A DNA stretch of 64,000 nt from an uncultured delta proteobacterium (GCA_963715335.1 CAVQRZ010000023.1:83711-147710), one strand, 5' to 3'. Shown: positions 46,865 through 58,176, numbered from the stretch's first letter. The notes: generated from the letters alone by a model not told the origin. Translations and numbers: made by a program.

Positions 46865-49404
46865 TTAGACATAAGACACGCGGTCACGGTCGCCCTGAGG
46901 ACCGTCGTCATCGGATTCACCAAGACCCAGCTCACGACGCAGGTTTTTGATCAGCTCAGAAACGTTGCGGAAGAACGAATCCCTTTCAGCCACTAGCTGG
47001 AAAGCTTCCAGGGCCTCGAGAAGCTGACCATTCATCTGGTAAAGCATGCCGAGTTCAAAATTCAAGGTCATGCGGCCCTCATCACTCAGGTTATCCAAGG
47101 CCAGGCCTTGTTTGAAGATCTCCATGGCCAACTCGGTTGCACCGGATTCACTGTGGCATTGGCCGATCAAGGTTACGCAGTCGATTGCACGAGACGGGTC
47201 ATGGGAGGCTTTTTCAAACTCCGCTATGGCATCATCATAAAGACCCATTTCCTTGTAGGCAATGCCCAGGTTGAAGTGTGATTCCGTGTCTGCCGAATCG
47301 AGTTCCGAGACCGTGTTCTGAGTCAGTTCTTCATCAACCTTGCTGTCAGCACCGAAAGAATCGAGGAGATCGGTCGCGGCAAACAGATCATCATCCCGGA
47401 GGTCTGTCATAAGATCTACGAAATCAACGTGTTCGGACACTTCTTCAGCAGTTTGCAGCCTTTGGTTGATCTCACCCATCATGGCGTGCAGTTCCGGAAG
47501 ATCAGGGCAGTACTCCAACAGGGTCTGAACGACTCTTGTGGCATCCTCATAGAGTCCCTGCTGCAGGTAGAACTCAGCTTCTTCGAGCTCTGCTCCAACA
47601 TTGAGAGAGGCAGCAAAACTCGATCTGTTGCCAGTTACTGCGGCGACTGCAGGAGCCGCTTCGTCGAAATCTTCGAGTTCATGAAGTTCTTCGAACTCCT
47701 CGAGTTCTTCAAGGTCTTCCACTTCATCGAGTTCTTCCAGCTCCTCGAGATCGTCCGGTCCATCGAGTGCCTCCAGGCCCTGTAGCTCTGCCAGCTCATC
47801 CGTTTCAACCGGCTCGTCAGTGCCAGTGTCGTCCAGATAAAGGCCTGCATCGAGGGCGGGGCCACGTTCGGATTCAAGGCGATGTTCTGCCCCGACGTCC
47901 ACCAGGAGAACTGCGTCAACCCCGGTTTCCTTACTTTCACCAACGGTTTCTTCAGTATCGGACCCTGCCTGTCTCCCGCCGCCGAGTCATCAGCAAAATC
48001 ATCGTCGAAATCGAGGGACAGGTCGCCCATATCGTCAAAGTCGATTTCCACTTCTACTTCCACTTCGACATCAGCATCGGCAGCCGGAACAGTTTCAGAC
48101 TCCATCTGAGGCGGCCCAGGAGAATCCTTGACTGCGTCATCGACTCCAGCGAACGGTGCTTCAAGGTCAAGATCGAGCAGGATGTCTGCGGCCGCGACCT
48201 TCTCTGCCGGGAGGCCTTGTTCCTGCATTTCAGTACTGAGTGACGGCACTTTGAGATCGGGGGAAGCTTCCTCGCCAATCATGTCCAGCTCTTCTACATC
48301 ATCGATCGCTCCGTCGAGGACGGCATCATCGGCCGTCTCCTCGGGAAGATCAGAAGAGGCATAAGATCTGTCCAGGTCATCGAACTTCGACTTATCACCA
48401 ACCGCCTCGTAGATGGCAGAAAGCGTATCGGCAACAACCGCATCATCGGCTAAAGACTCTTTCAGCTCTTCGTAAAAGCCCTTGAGAGCCGCGACGCGAC
48501 CTGCCCGTAAAAACGCGTTTTTCCAGCTTTCGAGGCGGTCGCGGGCACGCTCGAACTCACCGAAATCGATACAAACCCTGACATAATATTCACGGAGATC
48601 GAGATCCCCCTGGTTAATTTTCAAGAGATGTTTGAGGGTGAGTCGGGCGTTGGCAAAATCCCGGCTGGCAACGTAAGCTTCAGCCAGGCACCGATTTACC
48701 TCCTGGTCTTCAGGGGCTTGTTTGAGCAGCTCCTTGAGAAGCGATATGGCCTTCTCAACCAAACCATTGCCAACCAATGCGGCAGCCAGCGGTAGACGCG
48801 ACGGCCCATCTTCCGGGCAAATGTCCAGAAAGCGGTCGTAGAGCTTTATAACCTTTGCATGCTCACCCTTGGCGGACAGGGAGGCAATAAGCTCATGAAA
48901 CCGCTCCAAAGCCTGGTCGTTCTGACCGGTGATCATGTAACATTCTGCAACCTTGGCCAGAACGTTGAGATTGCCCGGATCCAGTTCGGCCATCTTCTCC
49001 AGAACTTTGAGGGCTTCATGGTGCATCTTGTTCTTGTCATAGAACGAGATCAGGTTGCGATACTCGGTCAGGGCGTTGCCAACCAGCCCCTGTTTTTCAT
49101 TGAGTTCTGCGAGACGATGGTAGAGATCGACGCGTGACGAATCGATCTTCTGCATCTGTTTGTAGACCGCAATCGCCTTGAGGTAGAAGCCCGTTTCCGT
49201 GTAGTGCTTGGCAACGACTTCGTATTCCTTCAATGCATCCTCGGTGCGATTATCACGACTGAGAAGTTCGGCAAACTTCTGCCGATTGCGCACATCCTTG
49301 GGAAAAGCGCCGACCAGTTTCTGGTACTCACCGATCGCTTTCGGCAGCTGCCCTTTTGCAAGGAATTTCTGTGCGCTTTCGAGGAGTTTGTCTTTACTTG
49401 CCAA
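46865..49404 (-). pseudogene. Large TPR protein with a central acidic region, apparently interrupted by a 1-nt frameshift near 47950-47986
   Basis: The N-terminal TPR ORF (from 49404) turns to junk after ...DFDDDFADDSAAGD. The acidic sequence continues in the frame of ORF 46865-47902 (SDTEETVGESKETGVDAVLLVDVGAEH...). The span of 2540 nt is not a multiple of 3. Confidence 0.6.
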
Positions 49405-49531
49405 TGGATTCCCCTAACGGGTTAATAGCAAAAGATTTAAATGTGTACTTTATATGAATAAACTTGAATGTGTCAAGCAAACAAACCTGCGCGAAGTGAT
49501 GAGTTTTACTTAAAAAACAGCTAAGTAGACA

Positions 49532-50932
49532 TTATTTGCAAGTCAGCACCTTAAAGCTCAGCCTTGCCATGATCGATGCATACTCTTCCGCTTTCTCTGC
49601 GTAATTCTGTCGCCCCATCAACGCGTAGGTAAAGTGTTTGCCCTCCTCCACCCCGGGCTGGTCCAGCGAATTGACGTCAAACAGGTAACCGGCAAAAAGG
49701 GTCTGCACTTCAAACATGTAGAGCAGAGCGCCAACCGTCTCTGCAGTAACCTCGGGGATAGTGATCGTGCAGTTCGAGCGCTGGTTTTTGACCAGCGCCG
49801 CTGCGGTTGCCTGCTGTTCGACACGCAACAGCTCCCCCATGCTGTGTCCCGCCAGGTACAACATCTGCGGTGACGACGGATACTCAGGAAAAGGCAGGTT
49901 CTGACCAAAGCTCTCGACACCGATGAAGGTGACAACCTTATCGAAAGGCCCTTCGACGTAAAGTTGCACCTGCGAGTGCTGGTCCGTGGTGCCAAGGGCG
50001 TTCACAGGAGTCGGTCCGGTGTGAATCACGGTTCCGTCCATCGCGAATTTCTTGCCGAGACTTTCTGCCCAGAGCTGGCGAAACCAGTCAGCGATGTCTC
50101 GCAGGCGATCGCTGTAGGGCATAAGCACGGAAATGCCCAGACCTTTCCGGTACGCCAGATACTGCAGTGCGGCATTAAGATAGGCCGGGTTTTTCTGCAA
50201 GTCTTCGGCACAGACATGACGTGAAAATTCAGCCGCTCCCTTGAGCAGTCCGACGATATCGACACCAACGCACGCCAACGGCAGCAGGCCGACCGGGGTG
50301 AAGACACTGAAGCGGCCACCAACACCGGCCGGGATGGCAAAGCTGCGATACCCTTCCCGTGCCGCAAGCTCGCGCAAGGCACCGTGCTGCGGATCGGTAA
50401 TCATGACAAAATGATCACGGAATGAGTCACCAACCGCCGCCTCGATCCACTCTCGCGCAACCAGAAACTGGCCGGTCGTCTCTACCGTAGACCCCGACTT
50501 GCTGATCACCAGGAAACAGGTGCGAACCGGGTTACAGAGGGAAAGGCTGGTGGCAAAACCATCGGGGTCAACATTGTCGAGAACGAACAGACGCGGCAAG
50601 CCGTTGCGTTCGGTTTTGCTCCGCAGGTTGTGACCGGGACACAAAGCGTTGAAAATTGCTGAGGTACCAAGGGCAGACCCACCGATACCAAGCACGACCA
50701 GGTCATCAAAATCGCTCTGCACCTGCTGGGCAAAACCCAAAATTTCCGCTACCGATTCAGCCTGGTACGGCAAATCATAAAATGGCAGCTCACCATTTTT
50801 GCGACGCGACTGGATCTGCTGGTGGTACTCTTTCGCCTTTGCCGCCAGGGTGGTTATCTCTTCGTCAGCGATGCCATACTCAGGACCTATGGCGCCCACC
50901 ATCATATTGGTGTAATCAAGGGTAATTGTCAT
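49532..50932 (-). CDS. pgi: Glucose-6-phosphate isomerase
   Basis: 466 aa. VVLGIGGSALGT, ISKSGSTVET and the SIS/PGI signature. Confidence 0.9.
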   Translation of the reverse strand: MTITLDYTNMMVGAIGPEYGIADEEITTLAAKAKEYHQQIQSRRKNGELPFYDLPYQAESVAEILGFAQQVQSDFDDLVVLGIGGSALGTSAIFNALCPGHNLRSKTERNGLPRLFVLDNVDPDGFATSLSLCNPVRTCFLVISKSGSTVETTGQFLVAREWIEAAVGDSFRDHFVMITDPQHGALRELAAREGYRSFAIPAGVGGRFSVFTPVGLLPLACVGVDIVGLLKGAAEFSRHVCAEDLQKNPAYLNAALQYLAYRKGLGISVLMPYSDRLRDIADWFRQLWAESLGKKFAMDGTVIHTGPTPVNALGTTDQHSQVQLYVEGPFDKVVTFIGVESFGQNLPFPEYPSSPQMLYLAGHSMGELLRVEQQATAAALVKNQRSNCTITIPEVTAETVGALLYMFEVQTLFAGYLFDVNSLDQPGVEEGKHFTYALMGRQNYAEKAEEYASIMARLSFKVLTCK

Positions 50933-50974
50933 ATTTCACTCCAGTTGCTTCTGTAAATACAGGGGGAATCAGGG

Positions 50975-51694
50975 TTATCTCCGATCGAGGTTCTTCAATC
51001 GGTTCACTTCCGATTTTGTCAGAATTCGCGTCTGTCCGGGGGCCAGGTCTCCAAGAGTCAAAAAGGCGTAACCGATACGGACCAGTCGGCTGACCTGGTA
51101 ACCCAGGGCTTCGCACATGCGTCTGACCTGGCGGTTGCGACCCTCATGAATACACAACTCGAGCCAGGTGTGGCCGCCGCGCGTACGCACCTTCTCGACC
51201 CGGGCAGGGGCAGTTATACCGTCATCCAGCAAAACACCTTGTGCAAGTTTGATTTTCACCTCGTCAGTCAACTGGCCACGGATCTTTACCAGGTAACGCT
51301 TATCTATTTGGTGACTCGGATGTGCCAGGCGATTGGCAAGATCGCCGTCGTTGGTCATTAACAAGAGTCCGGAGGTATTGATATCCAGTCGCCCGACAGG
51401 GAAAAGACGAACAGGCTGGTCCCGCACCAGGTCTGTGACAACGCGGCGTCCGTCAGGGTCATTCAGTGTCGTCACGACTCCAAGGGGTTTGTTAAGGAGA
51501 AGATAGGTCAGCTCTTCGGCAGCTCTGACAGGCTTGTCGTCAATCAGGACCTGACAGCTCTCCACGTCCGCCTGGTCGCCCAGTTTGGCAACCTGACCAT
51601 TGACGCGGACCCTTCCCGCGGCAATCAGTTCTTCAGCGCGACGCCGTGAGCAGTAACCGGCGGCGGCAATTATTTTCTGCAGGCGTTGCTGCAT
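50975..51694 (-). CDS. rluB: Pseudouridine synthase, RsuA/RluB family
   Basis: S4 domain (RLQKIIAAAGYCSRRRAEELI) and the GRLDINTSGLLL catalytic motif. Confidence 0.85.
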   Translation of the reverse strand: MQQRLQKIIAAAGYCSRRRAEELIAAGRVRVNGQVAKLGDQADVESCQVLIDDKPVRAAEELTYLLLNKPLGVVTTLNDPDGRRVVTDLVRDQPVRLFPVGRLDINTSGLLLMTNDGDLANRLAHPSHQIDKRYLVKIRGQLTDEVKIKLAQGVLLDDGITAPARVEKVRTRGGHTWLELCIHEGRNRQVRRMCEALGYQVSRLVRIGYAFLTLGDLAPGQTRILTKSEVNRLKNLDRR

Positions 51695-51748
51695 AATCAG
51701 ATCTAAGGAACGCCCCTGTTGATCACAGACCGCAGAAAAATCTGCGGA

Positions 51749-52702
51749 TCAATGGGTTATGGCGGCAAAAAGCAATCGGTGCAGAATCTCCGAAAGCTCC
51801 GTATTGTCCGTGCCTTTGGCATACATGGCCGTCAGGTCCGAGAAGACTCCACAGTAATGATTGACCAGACGGGGCTTATCTGTAGCAAGGTTGAAGACCA
51901 GCTTTGCCTGACCTTCCTGGTGCAGGGTTGCAAGCTCTTTGGCGTGATCCAGTTCGACGAGGCCGTCTTCGTAACGCAGGTGAGTTGTCTTATAGTTTTT
52001 TCCGAGTGTCCAGTTGGTATCGACCATTCCGTAGCAGCTCCGGCCCTGCTCGGCGAACTTGTAAATTCCAAGGCCCTGGACCTGGGCGCAACCCAGAGAC
52101 TGGATAACCGTCATACGGCCATTAACCAGTTTCATTGATGCCGCGTCGATAAGACGTGACAGAGCACTGAGGCCGCTGACACCACTGTCCGTCCAGGCGC
52201 CTGCCTTGCCGACTGCACCGAGGGTCAGTTTGCCATCAATGTAATAGGGGTCAGCAAAGCAGGTATTGAAGCCGAGCAATTCACCAAGATCGAAATTGCG
52301 TGATTCCCGCTGCTCGCGCCACCAGTCGACTTCGCGCCCGTAGGCCGGATGAAAAGCTGTATAAAGGGGTAATTTACGGGTCCGGGCGGCCGTTATCAGG
52401 GCATCCATTTCCGACTGGCTGGTACAAAGTGGTTTTTCCACAATCGCAATCCTGTCGGACTCGATGACCCGCATTGCCACTTCGAAATGGGAATATGTGG
52501 GCGTGGAAACAAGGAAGGCGTCCGCTTTCGACTTTTGCAGCATTTTCTCCAGGTTTTCGTAGAACTGCACACTCCCCGGGAGCTCTTCGGCCTTATTGGG
52601 ATCAAGGTCATGGGCATCCACCAGTTTGATCCCTGGAGTATGGGTAATGGCCTGCATCTGGTAGTTGGCGATCTTACCGATTCCGATCAGTGCAATCTGC
52701 AT
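51749..52702 (-). CDS. Gfo/Idh/MocA-family oxidoreductase
   Basis: MQIALIGIGKIANY Rossmann N-terminus. GGAGCGAG lies upstream of ATG 52702. Confidence 0.75.
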   Translation of the reverse strand: MQIALIGIGKIANYQMQAITHTPGIKLVDAHDLDPNKAEELPGSVQFYENLEKMLQKSKADAFLVSTPTYSHFEVAMRVIESDRIAIVEKPLCTSQSEMDALITAARTRKLPLYTAFHPAYGREVDWWREQRESRNFDLGELLGFNTCFADPYYIDGKLTLGAVGKAGAWTDSGVSGLSALSRLIDAASMKLVNGRMTVIQSLGCAQVQGLGIYKFAEQGRSCYGMVDTNWTLGKNYKTTHLRYEDGLVELDHAKELATLHQEGQAKLVFNLATDKPRLVNHYCGVFSDLTAMYAKGTDNTELSEILHRLLFAAITH

Positions 52703-52842
52703 AGAATCTCGCTCCATCCATTGATGATTTCAGTTTTCATTAACAAGTTTGTTGATCAAGTGAAGCATATTTCACGAAGTTTTTCACTGAAAAACATTAC
52801 CGGGGGCCCGACACGGATCACGACTTACGATTTCGTGCTTAT

Positions 52843-53940
52843 TCAACCCAACAGCGCATCAATAGCGTCGAAGTTGAAACGCTTGTCAGCCAGTTCCTTG
52901 ATCAGGTCAATCTTCTGGGTGTCTGTGGCGTTGAGCTTGGACACGTCGTCATTGATGATATTGTAGACTTCCGCCGTATTGCAACTGACCCGCATATACG
53001 GTATGCCGCTTCGGTCAAGGATCTTCTGGGTAATCAAACTGACCTGGGCCAGGCCCGGAATCAGCAATCCGGCCAATAAGTGATGATATTCCGGAATGTT
53101 ATAGATATTCGCCAGAGTTACGAGCAATTCATCCCTGCTGCTGGTGACGATCACCAGGGAAGATTCACACAGCATCTCAGTGACCCGCTGGGTCGAAGCG
53201 GCACCGATCTGCACATGATGAACAATCTGCCCGGCAACTTCCGGGTTGCCGTGCAACTCGACACCGAGCACCTGGCTGATACGCCGCAGGGTCGGATTGG
53301 CAAGGATCGGCTGGTAATTGAACCCACCTATCACCTTGAAAGACTCCTTGGCAAAGGCCAGGGAGAGGTAATGCAAAGTCTTTTCGCGTTTATCGGGAAT
53401 AATCTTGTTGGCCAGGACAGCCCTGACCTCGGCACCCTCCTGCCTGAACAGGGCCATGTTCATGTAGGCGGCGTCGACGACATTGCCGATACCGCCACCG
53501 GTCACCATGAGAACCGGGGCGTCAGCCAATCGCGCAATCCGTGCATTGGATAAACCGATCACCGATCCGACCCCGGTGTGCCCTGCCCCCTCTATGATGA
53601 GAAAATCGTTCTTGCGGTCGAGTTCCTCGATTGCATGGAGGATTTTCCGTTCCTGGTCCTGGGCGGAGATTTCACCGTCGAGGATTTTCTGCGTATCCCC
53701 CGGCATCAGGACGACGGGCGACATCAACGCCAGGTCGTCTTCGAGGCCAAAGACTTCTGCCATCAAAGCCGCGTCCTTGTCTGTAACCATCTTGTTTCTG
53801 GCCACGGTCGGTTTCGGACCCAACGGCTTGATGAAGCCGACCCGCGCGTATTTCTTGCGGGCCATATACATCAATGAGAGGCTGGTCGTGGTTTTACCGC
53901 TGTTCTGGCCGGTTGCGGCGACAAATACCTTGCGGGCCAT
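52843..53940 (-). CDS. BioD-like P-loop + DRTGG domain protein (phosphotransacetylase N-terminal-domain-like)
   Basis: VFVAATGQNSGKTTTSL and a later DRTGG-like block (IVTSSRDELL). 365 aa. Confidence 0.65.
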   Translation of the reverse strand: MARKVFVAATGQNSGKTTTSLSLMYMARKKYARVGFIKPLGPKPTVARNKMVTDKDAALMAEVFGLEDDLALMSPVVLMPGDTQKILDGEISAQDQERKILHAIEELDRKNDFLIIEGAGHTGVGSVIGLSNARIARLADAPVLMVTGGGIGNVVDAAYMNMALFRQEGAEVRAVLANKIIPDKREKTLHYLSLAFAKESFKVIGGFNYQPILANPTLRRISQVLGVELHGNPEVAGQIVHHVQIGAASTQRVTEMLCESSLVIVTSSRDELLVTLANIYNIPEYHHLLAGLLIPGLAQVSLITQKILDRSGIPYMRVSCNTAEVYNIINDDVSKLNATDTQKIDLIKELADKRFNFDAIDALLG

Positions 53941-53961
53941 AAAATACTCCATAAAAAAAGA

Positions 53962-54027
53962 CGTGGCGAGTGGCGTGTAGCGCGTAGCGAGGAACGGCTC
54001 ATGGCTTTTTCTCGCTACACGCTACTC
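53962..54027. repeat. Heptamer-periodic imperfect palindrome
   Basis: Left arm GTGGCGA GTGGCGT GTAGCGC GTAGCGA. Right arm CTCGCTA CACGCTA CTCTAC. Confidence 0.7.
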
Positions 54028-54031
54028 TACT

Positions 54032-54607
54032 TTAATTCCTGTCTTTCACCAGTTTCGAGATCGCCTTGAACTGGTCGTGGGTCGATTCCTTCAACATCTG
54101 GAACAGGACTGTCTCGGCAGTCGTCACAACGGCACCGGCCTGGGCAGCACTGGCAACCGCGGCCAGGAAATCCAGCTTGCTGCGCGAGCAGATGGCATCG
54201 CGCACCAGATGCACATGGTAACCATCCTCGAGCAGGCCGAGGACCGTCTGATAGACACAGACATGGGCTTCCATGCCGGTCACGATGACCTGGCTGCGAC
54301 CGGTTCCCCTGATTGCCGTCAAAAAATTCGGCTCACCACAACAGCCGAAACTGACTTTTTCTACCACATTGTCGCCGCAGGCATCGGCCAGTTCCGCGAC
54401 GGTATGCCCGATCCCTTTAGGATACTGTTCCGTAGTGACGATCGGGACCCCGAGCAGCTTGGCCGCCTCGACCAGCATGGCAACCGTATTGAGCAACCGC
54501 AGATAAACCTTGTGCGGCATTGCCGGCACCAGGCGCTCCTGAATATCGATCACCACCAGGACCGCCTTGTCCGCTTCCAGCTTGAATTTCCCCATATCAG
54601 TCGACAT
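54032..54607 (-). CDS. Isochorismatase-family hydrolase
   Basis: KAVLVVIDIQERL...VTGMEAHVCV. AGGAG lies upstream of ATG 54607. Confidence 0.85.
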   Translation of the reverse strand: MSTDMGKFKLEADKAVLVVIDIQERLVPAMPHKVYLRLLNTVAMLVEAAKLLGVPIVTTEQYPKGIGHTVAELADACGDNVVEKVSFGCCGEPNFLTAIRGTGRSQVIVTGMEAHVCVYQTVLGLLEDGYHVHLVRDAICSRSKLDFLAAVASAAQAGAVVTTAETVLFQMLKESTHDQFKAISKLVKDRN

Positions 54608-54691
54608 TAATAGCTCCTGTGATCTGGATTGACCTTCTTCATGCCTCGCACTTCGCACTTGCCGAGAGGCTTTTCCCGCACGGGAAACCTT

Positions 54692-55168
54692 TTAAGGATA
54701 CACCCGCATCACCTGTTCGGCAACGCAGGCCGGCTTTTCCCTGCCCTCGATCTCAATGGTCAGTCTGTAAACAATCTGCGCTCCCTTACTGACCCCTGCT
54801 GCCGATTGTACTGCTGTTCTGGCACGAATCCTGTCTCCGCACAGTACCGGTGCCGGGAAACGCAGCTTGTTCAACCCGTAATTGACTCGCAGGCGCATGC
54901 CGGGATAATTGTTCGAGAAAAAATCCGGATGATTGCTCTGGGTCAGGTACGGCAATAGCGACAGGGTCAGGAAGCCATGGGCAATGGTCGTGCTGTAAGG
55001 GGATTCTTTCGCAGCACGGTCGGGATCAACATGAATCCACTGCTCGTCGCCGGTCACCCTGGCAAATTCATCGATGCGCTGCTGGTCGATTTTCAACCAG
55101 GGTCCGACGTGAACTTCCAGGTCGACCAGCTTTTGGTATTTATCGATCAACTCATCTGTTAACGTCAT
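54692..55168 (-). CDS. MaoC-like (R)-hydratase, hotdog fold
   Basis: FARVTGDEQWIHVDPDRA...TIAHGFLTLSLL. Confidence 0.85.
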   Translation of the reverse strand: MTLTDELIDKYQKLVDLEVHVGPWLKIDQQRIDEFARVTGDEQWIHVDPDRAAKESPYSTTIAHGFLTLSLLPYLTQSNHPDFFSNNYPGMRLRVNYGLNKLRFPAPVLCGDRIRARTAVQSAAGVSKGAQIVYRLTIEIEGREKPACVAEQVMRVYP

Positions 55169-55436
55169 GCGCAGTCCCATCCTCAAGCGTGTTTCACAGC
55201 AATCTTAAATAACGTTATTCGGCAAACCCTGCAAGCCAAATCAGCCGCCGTCAAGATAAAGATAATTTTCCCCGTTGCTGATAAACCTTGAGCAATTACG
55301 CTTATTTCTCGATAATAGGCAGAAATCGACCATCTCCGCAAAGAACGCAATCGTGGGAAAGCAAGATCGCGATCATGGCAAGCTCGGCAGACGGTCTTTT
55401 CAGGTCGTCAGCTTTATTCACAGCATGAGGTCCATC

Positions 55437-57293
55437 ATGTCACAAAATGACAAAAGCAATCACCAGAGCCAGGCACATCCGATGAATCGAGCCACGGACA
55501 AAGTCGTGCCGAACAAGTATATGCTGACGATCAAGGATGTCGCCAAGCTCCTGCATCAGCGTAGCAGGCTCAGCGACGAGCAATACCAGATGGTTCTCGA
55601 GCGCGGCGATGCCCAGGCGGCCAGGTTGAACAGCCACCTGAAAACCGGCAAGGTAAAAAAAGATGTCTACCTCGCGGAACTCGCATCTCCGGCCCAGATC
55701 ATTACCTCATTCAACCTGGAGATTCCGGCGACCCAGAAGAAGTTGACTGAAGATGTCATAACCGAGCTGATCGCCCAGGCCGCGGGGATGGAATACATCA
55801 AGATCGACCCGCTCAAGCTGGAGCTCGATGTCGTCACCGACCAGATTCCCCGCGCCTTCGCCCTGAAGAATCTGGTCGTACCGATCGATGCAAAAGAAGG
55901 CGTTGCGACCATCGCAGTGGCTGATCCATACAATATCAGGCCGATCGAAGACCTGCAGCATGCCCTGGGTATCCAGATCAGGCGCATCCTGGCCTCGCGC
56001 AGCGATGTCCTGAAAATTCTCGAGGAGTTTTTCGGCTTTCAGGCCTCGGTGAGGGCCGCCCAGTTGGATATGGGGCTACGCTCGGAGTTGTCAAACCTTG
56101 AACAGCTGTTCAAGATGCGCGGCCGCGATGAAATCGAGAGTAGCGACCAGCACATCATTTCCGCCGTTGAATTTCTGCTCAAATACGCCTTTGATCAACG
56201 GGCCAGCGATATCCATATTGAACCGAAGCGCGAAAAATCGATGATCCGTTTCCGCGTCGACGGGGTACTGCACAACATTCACACCGTGCCGATCAACCTG
56301 CACCCGGCCATGATATCGCGCCTGAAACTGCTTTCCCGGCTTGATGTCGCTGAGAAACGCCGCCCCCAGGACGGACGCATCAAGACGGAACATATGGGCA
56401 AGGACATCGAACTGCGCGTCTCAACCCTGCCGGTCGCTTTCGGCGAAAAGGTAGTCATCCGTATTTTCGACCCTGAGATTCTCATGCAGAAACTCGACCG
56501 GATCGGCTTTAACGAGCGCGAGTATAAACTCTACAGTTCATTCATCAGAATGCCGCACGGCATCATCCTGGTAACCGGCCCCACCGGCAGCGGCAAAACC
56601 ACGACCCTCTATTCGTCCCTGAAAACCATCTCTTCGCCGGAAATCAACATTATCACCGTCGAGGATCCGATCGAGATGGTCATGGAAGACTTCAACCAGG
56701 TCGGAGTCCAGGCGGCGATCGACGTCACCTTTGCCACCGTCCTGCGCAACATCCTGCGCCAGGACCCCGATGTCCTGATGATCGGTGAAATCCGCGACCG
56801 GGAAACCGCCAGTAACGCTGTGCAAGCGGCCTTGACCGGCCACCTGGTTCTCTCGACTCTGCACACCAATGACTCCCCCTCTGCGATCGCCCGGCTCCTG
56901 GATATCGGCATCCCGGCCTTCCTGATCAGCTCCACGGTCAGCGGCATCATCGCCCAGCGCCTGCTCAGGACAATCTGCCAGGAATGCAAGTTCGAGAGGG
57001 TCCTCAGCGATGACGAAATGGTCTACCTTGGGCTGGCGAAAAAAATATACAAGGTCTGGCAAGGCAAGGGCTGCGACGCCTGCCGTGGCACCGGCTACAA
57101 GGGGCGGACCGGGATCTTTGAGGTTCTTGAGATAACCGAGCGACTCAAGGCCCAGATTACTGAGCAGACCGACATGACAAAAATTTATGAGATCGCCAGA
57201 GCGGACGGGATGGTCAGCCTGCGCGAGTTGGCCATTCAGAAGCTCCTTGACGGGCACACGACCTTCCAGGAGATCGTTTCCGTCACCGGCTGA
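55437..57293 (+). CDS. GspE/PilB-family secretion ATPase (orphan)
   Basis: T2SSE N-domain, Walker A GPTGSGKTTTLYS, Asp/His boxes and a tetra-Cys CQEC...CDAC. Start could be 55437 or 55425. Confidence 0.85.
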   Translation: MSQNDKSNHQSQAHPMNRATDKVVPNKYMLTIKDVAKLLHQRSRLSDEQYQMVLERGDAQAARLNSHLKTGKVKKDVYLAELASPAQIITSFNLEIPATQKKLTEDVITELIAQAAGMEYIKIDPLKLELDVVTDQIPRAFALKNLVVPIDAKEGVATIAVADPYNIRPIEDLQHALGIQIRRILASRSDVLKILEEFFGFQASVRAAQLDMGLRSELSNLEQLFKMRGRDEIESSDQHIISAVEFLLKYAFDQRASDIHIEPKREKSMIRFRVDGVLHNIHTVPINLHPAMISRLKLLSRLDVAEKRRPQDGRIKTEHMGKDIELRVSTLPVAFGEKVVIRIFDPEILMQKLDRIGFNEREYKLYSSFIRMPHGIILVTGPTGSGKTTTLYSSLKTISSPEINIITVEDPIEMVMEDFNQVGVQAAIDVTFATVLRNILRQDPDVLMIGEIRDRETASNAVQAALTGHLVLSTLHTNDSPSAIARLLDIGIPAFLISSTVSGIIAQRLLRTICQECKFERVLSDDEMVYLGLAKKIYKVWQGKGCDACRGTGYKGRTGIFEVLEITERLKAQITEQTDMTKIYEIARADGMVSLRELAIQKLLDGHTTFQEIVSVTG

Positions 57294-57405
57294 TCGGCAG
57301 AGAATACTTTTTCACGTAAAAGTTAAGACAAAATTTCTATACCAGATTGACTTCCTGCTGAATCGTGATTCTGTTTAAAGACAGAGCCATTTCAGGGAGG
57401 CAATC

Positions 57406-58176
57406 ATGCGTCGATACAAGCCGTTACTCGCCATTACTATGCTCATCCTCGGCATTTTCCTGCTGCAAATCTCCATTGCGCCGCCAGCCGTTGCCCAGAT
57501 GGACTGGCTGAAGACCGGCAAAGACCTGCTCGGCACAGTCGGTGCGACGCCAACGAACGAAGCTTCCGATCTGACCAGCGGTGAGATCGCCAGCGGCTTG
57601 AAAGATGCTCTGCGGGTCGGCACTGAAACGGTGGTCGCACAGCTCGGGCAGCAGGATGGCTTCAACGCCGATCCGGCGATTCACATCCCGCTGCCGGACA
57701 GCCTCAAACAGATCAAGTCGGCCCTCTCAGCGGTCGGCATGTCGTCGATGATGGACGATCTCGAACTCAAACTGAATCGCGCTGCCGAAGCGGCAACCCC
57801 GCCTGCAAAGAAGCTGTTCCTGGATGCGATCACAGCCATGACCCTCGAAGATGTCAAAAGCATCTACAACGGCCCGGATGACGCTGCCACCCGCTATTTC
57901 CAGGACAAGATGTCTGCACCGCTTGCCGCAGAGATGCAGCCGATCGTCGAAAATGCCTTAAACCAGGTCGGTGCGGTGCAGAGCTACGATGCGGTTATGG
58001 GTGAGTATGCCAGCATCCCCTTCGTGCCCGACGTCAAGGCGGATCTGAACAAGTATGTCGTCGACAAGGGGATGGAGGGGATTTTCCACTACGTCGCTGT
58101 AGAAGAAGCCGCGATCAGGAACGATCCGCTGAAACGGAGCACGGATATCCTGCAAAAGGTGTTCGGTGCCAAATGA
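57406..58176 (+). CDS. DUF4197-family secreted protein
   Basis: Signal peptide (LLAITMLILGIFLLQISIAPPAVAQ) and EIASGLKDALRVGTETVV...IHIPLP. Confidence 0.75.
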   Translation: MRRYKPLLAITMLILGIFLLQISIAPPAVAQMDWLKTGKDLLGTVGATPTNEASDLTSGEIASGLKDALRVGTETVVAQLGQQDGFNADPAIHIPLPDSLKQIKSALSAVGMSSMMDDLELKLNRAAEAATPPAKKLFLDAITAMTLEDVKSIYNGPDDAATRYFQDKMSAPLAAEMQPIVENALNQVGAVQSYDAVMGEYASIPFVPDVKADLNKYVVDKGMEGIFHYVAVEEAAIRNDPLKRSTDILQKVFGAK

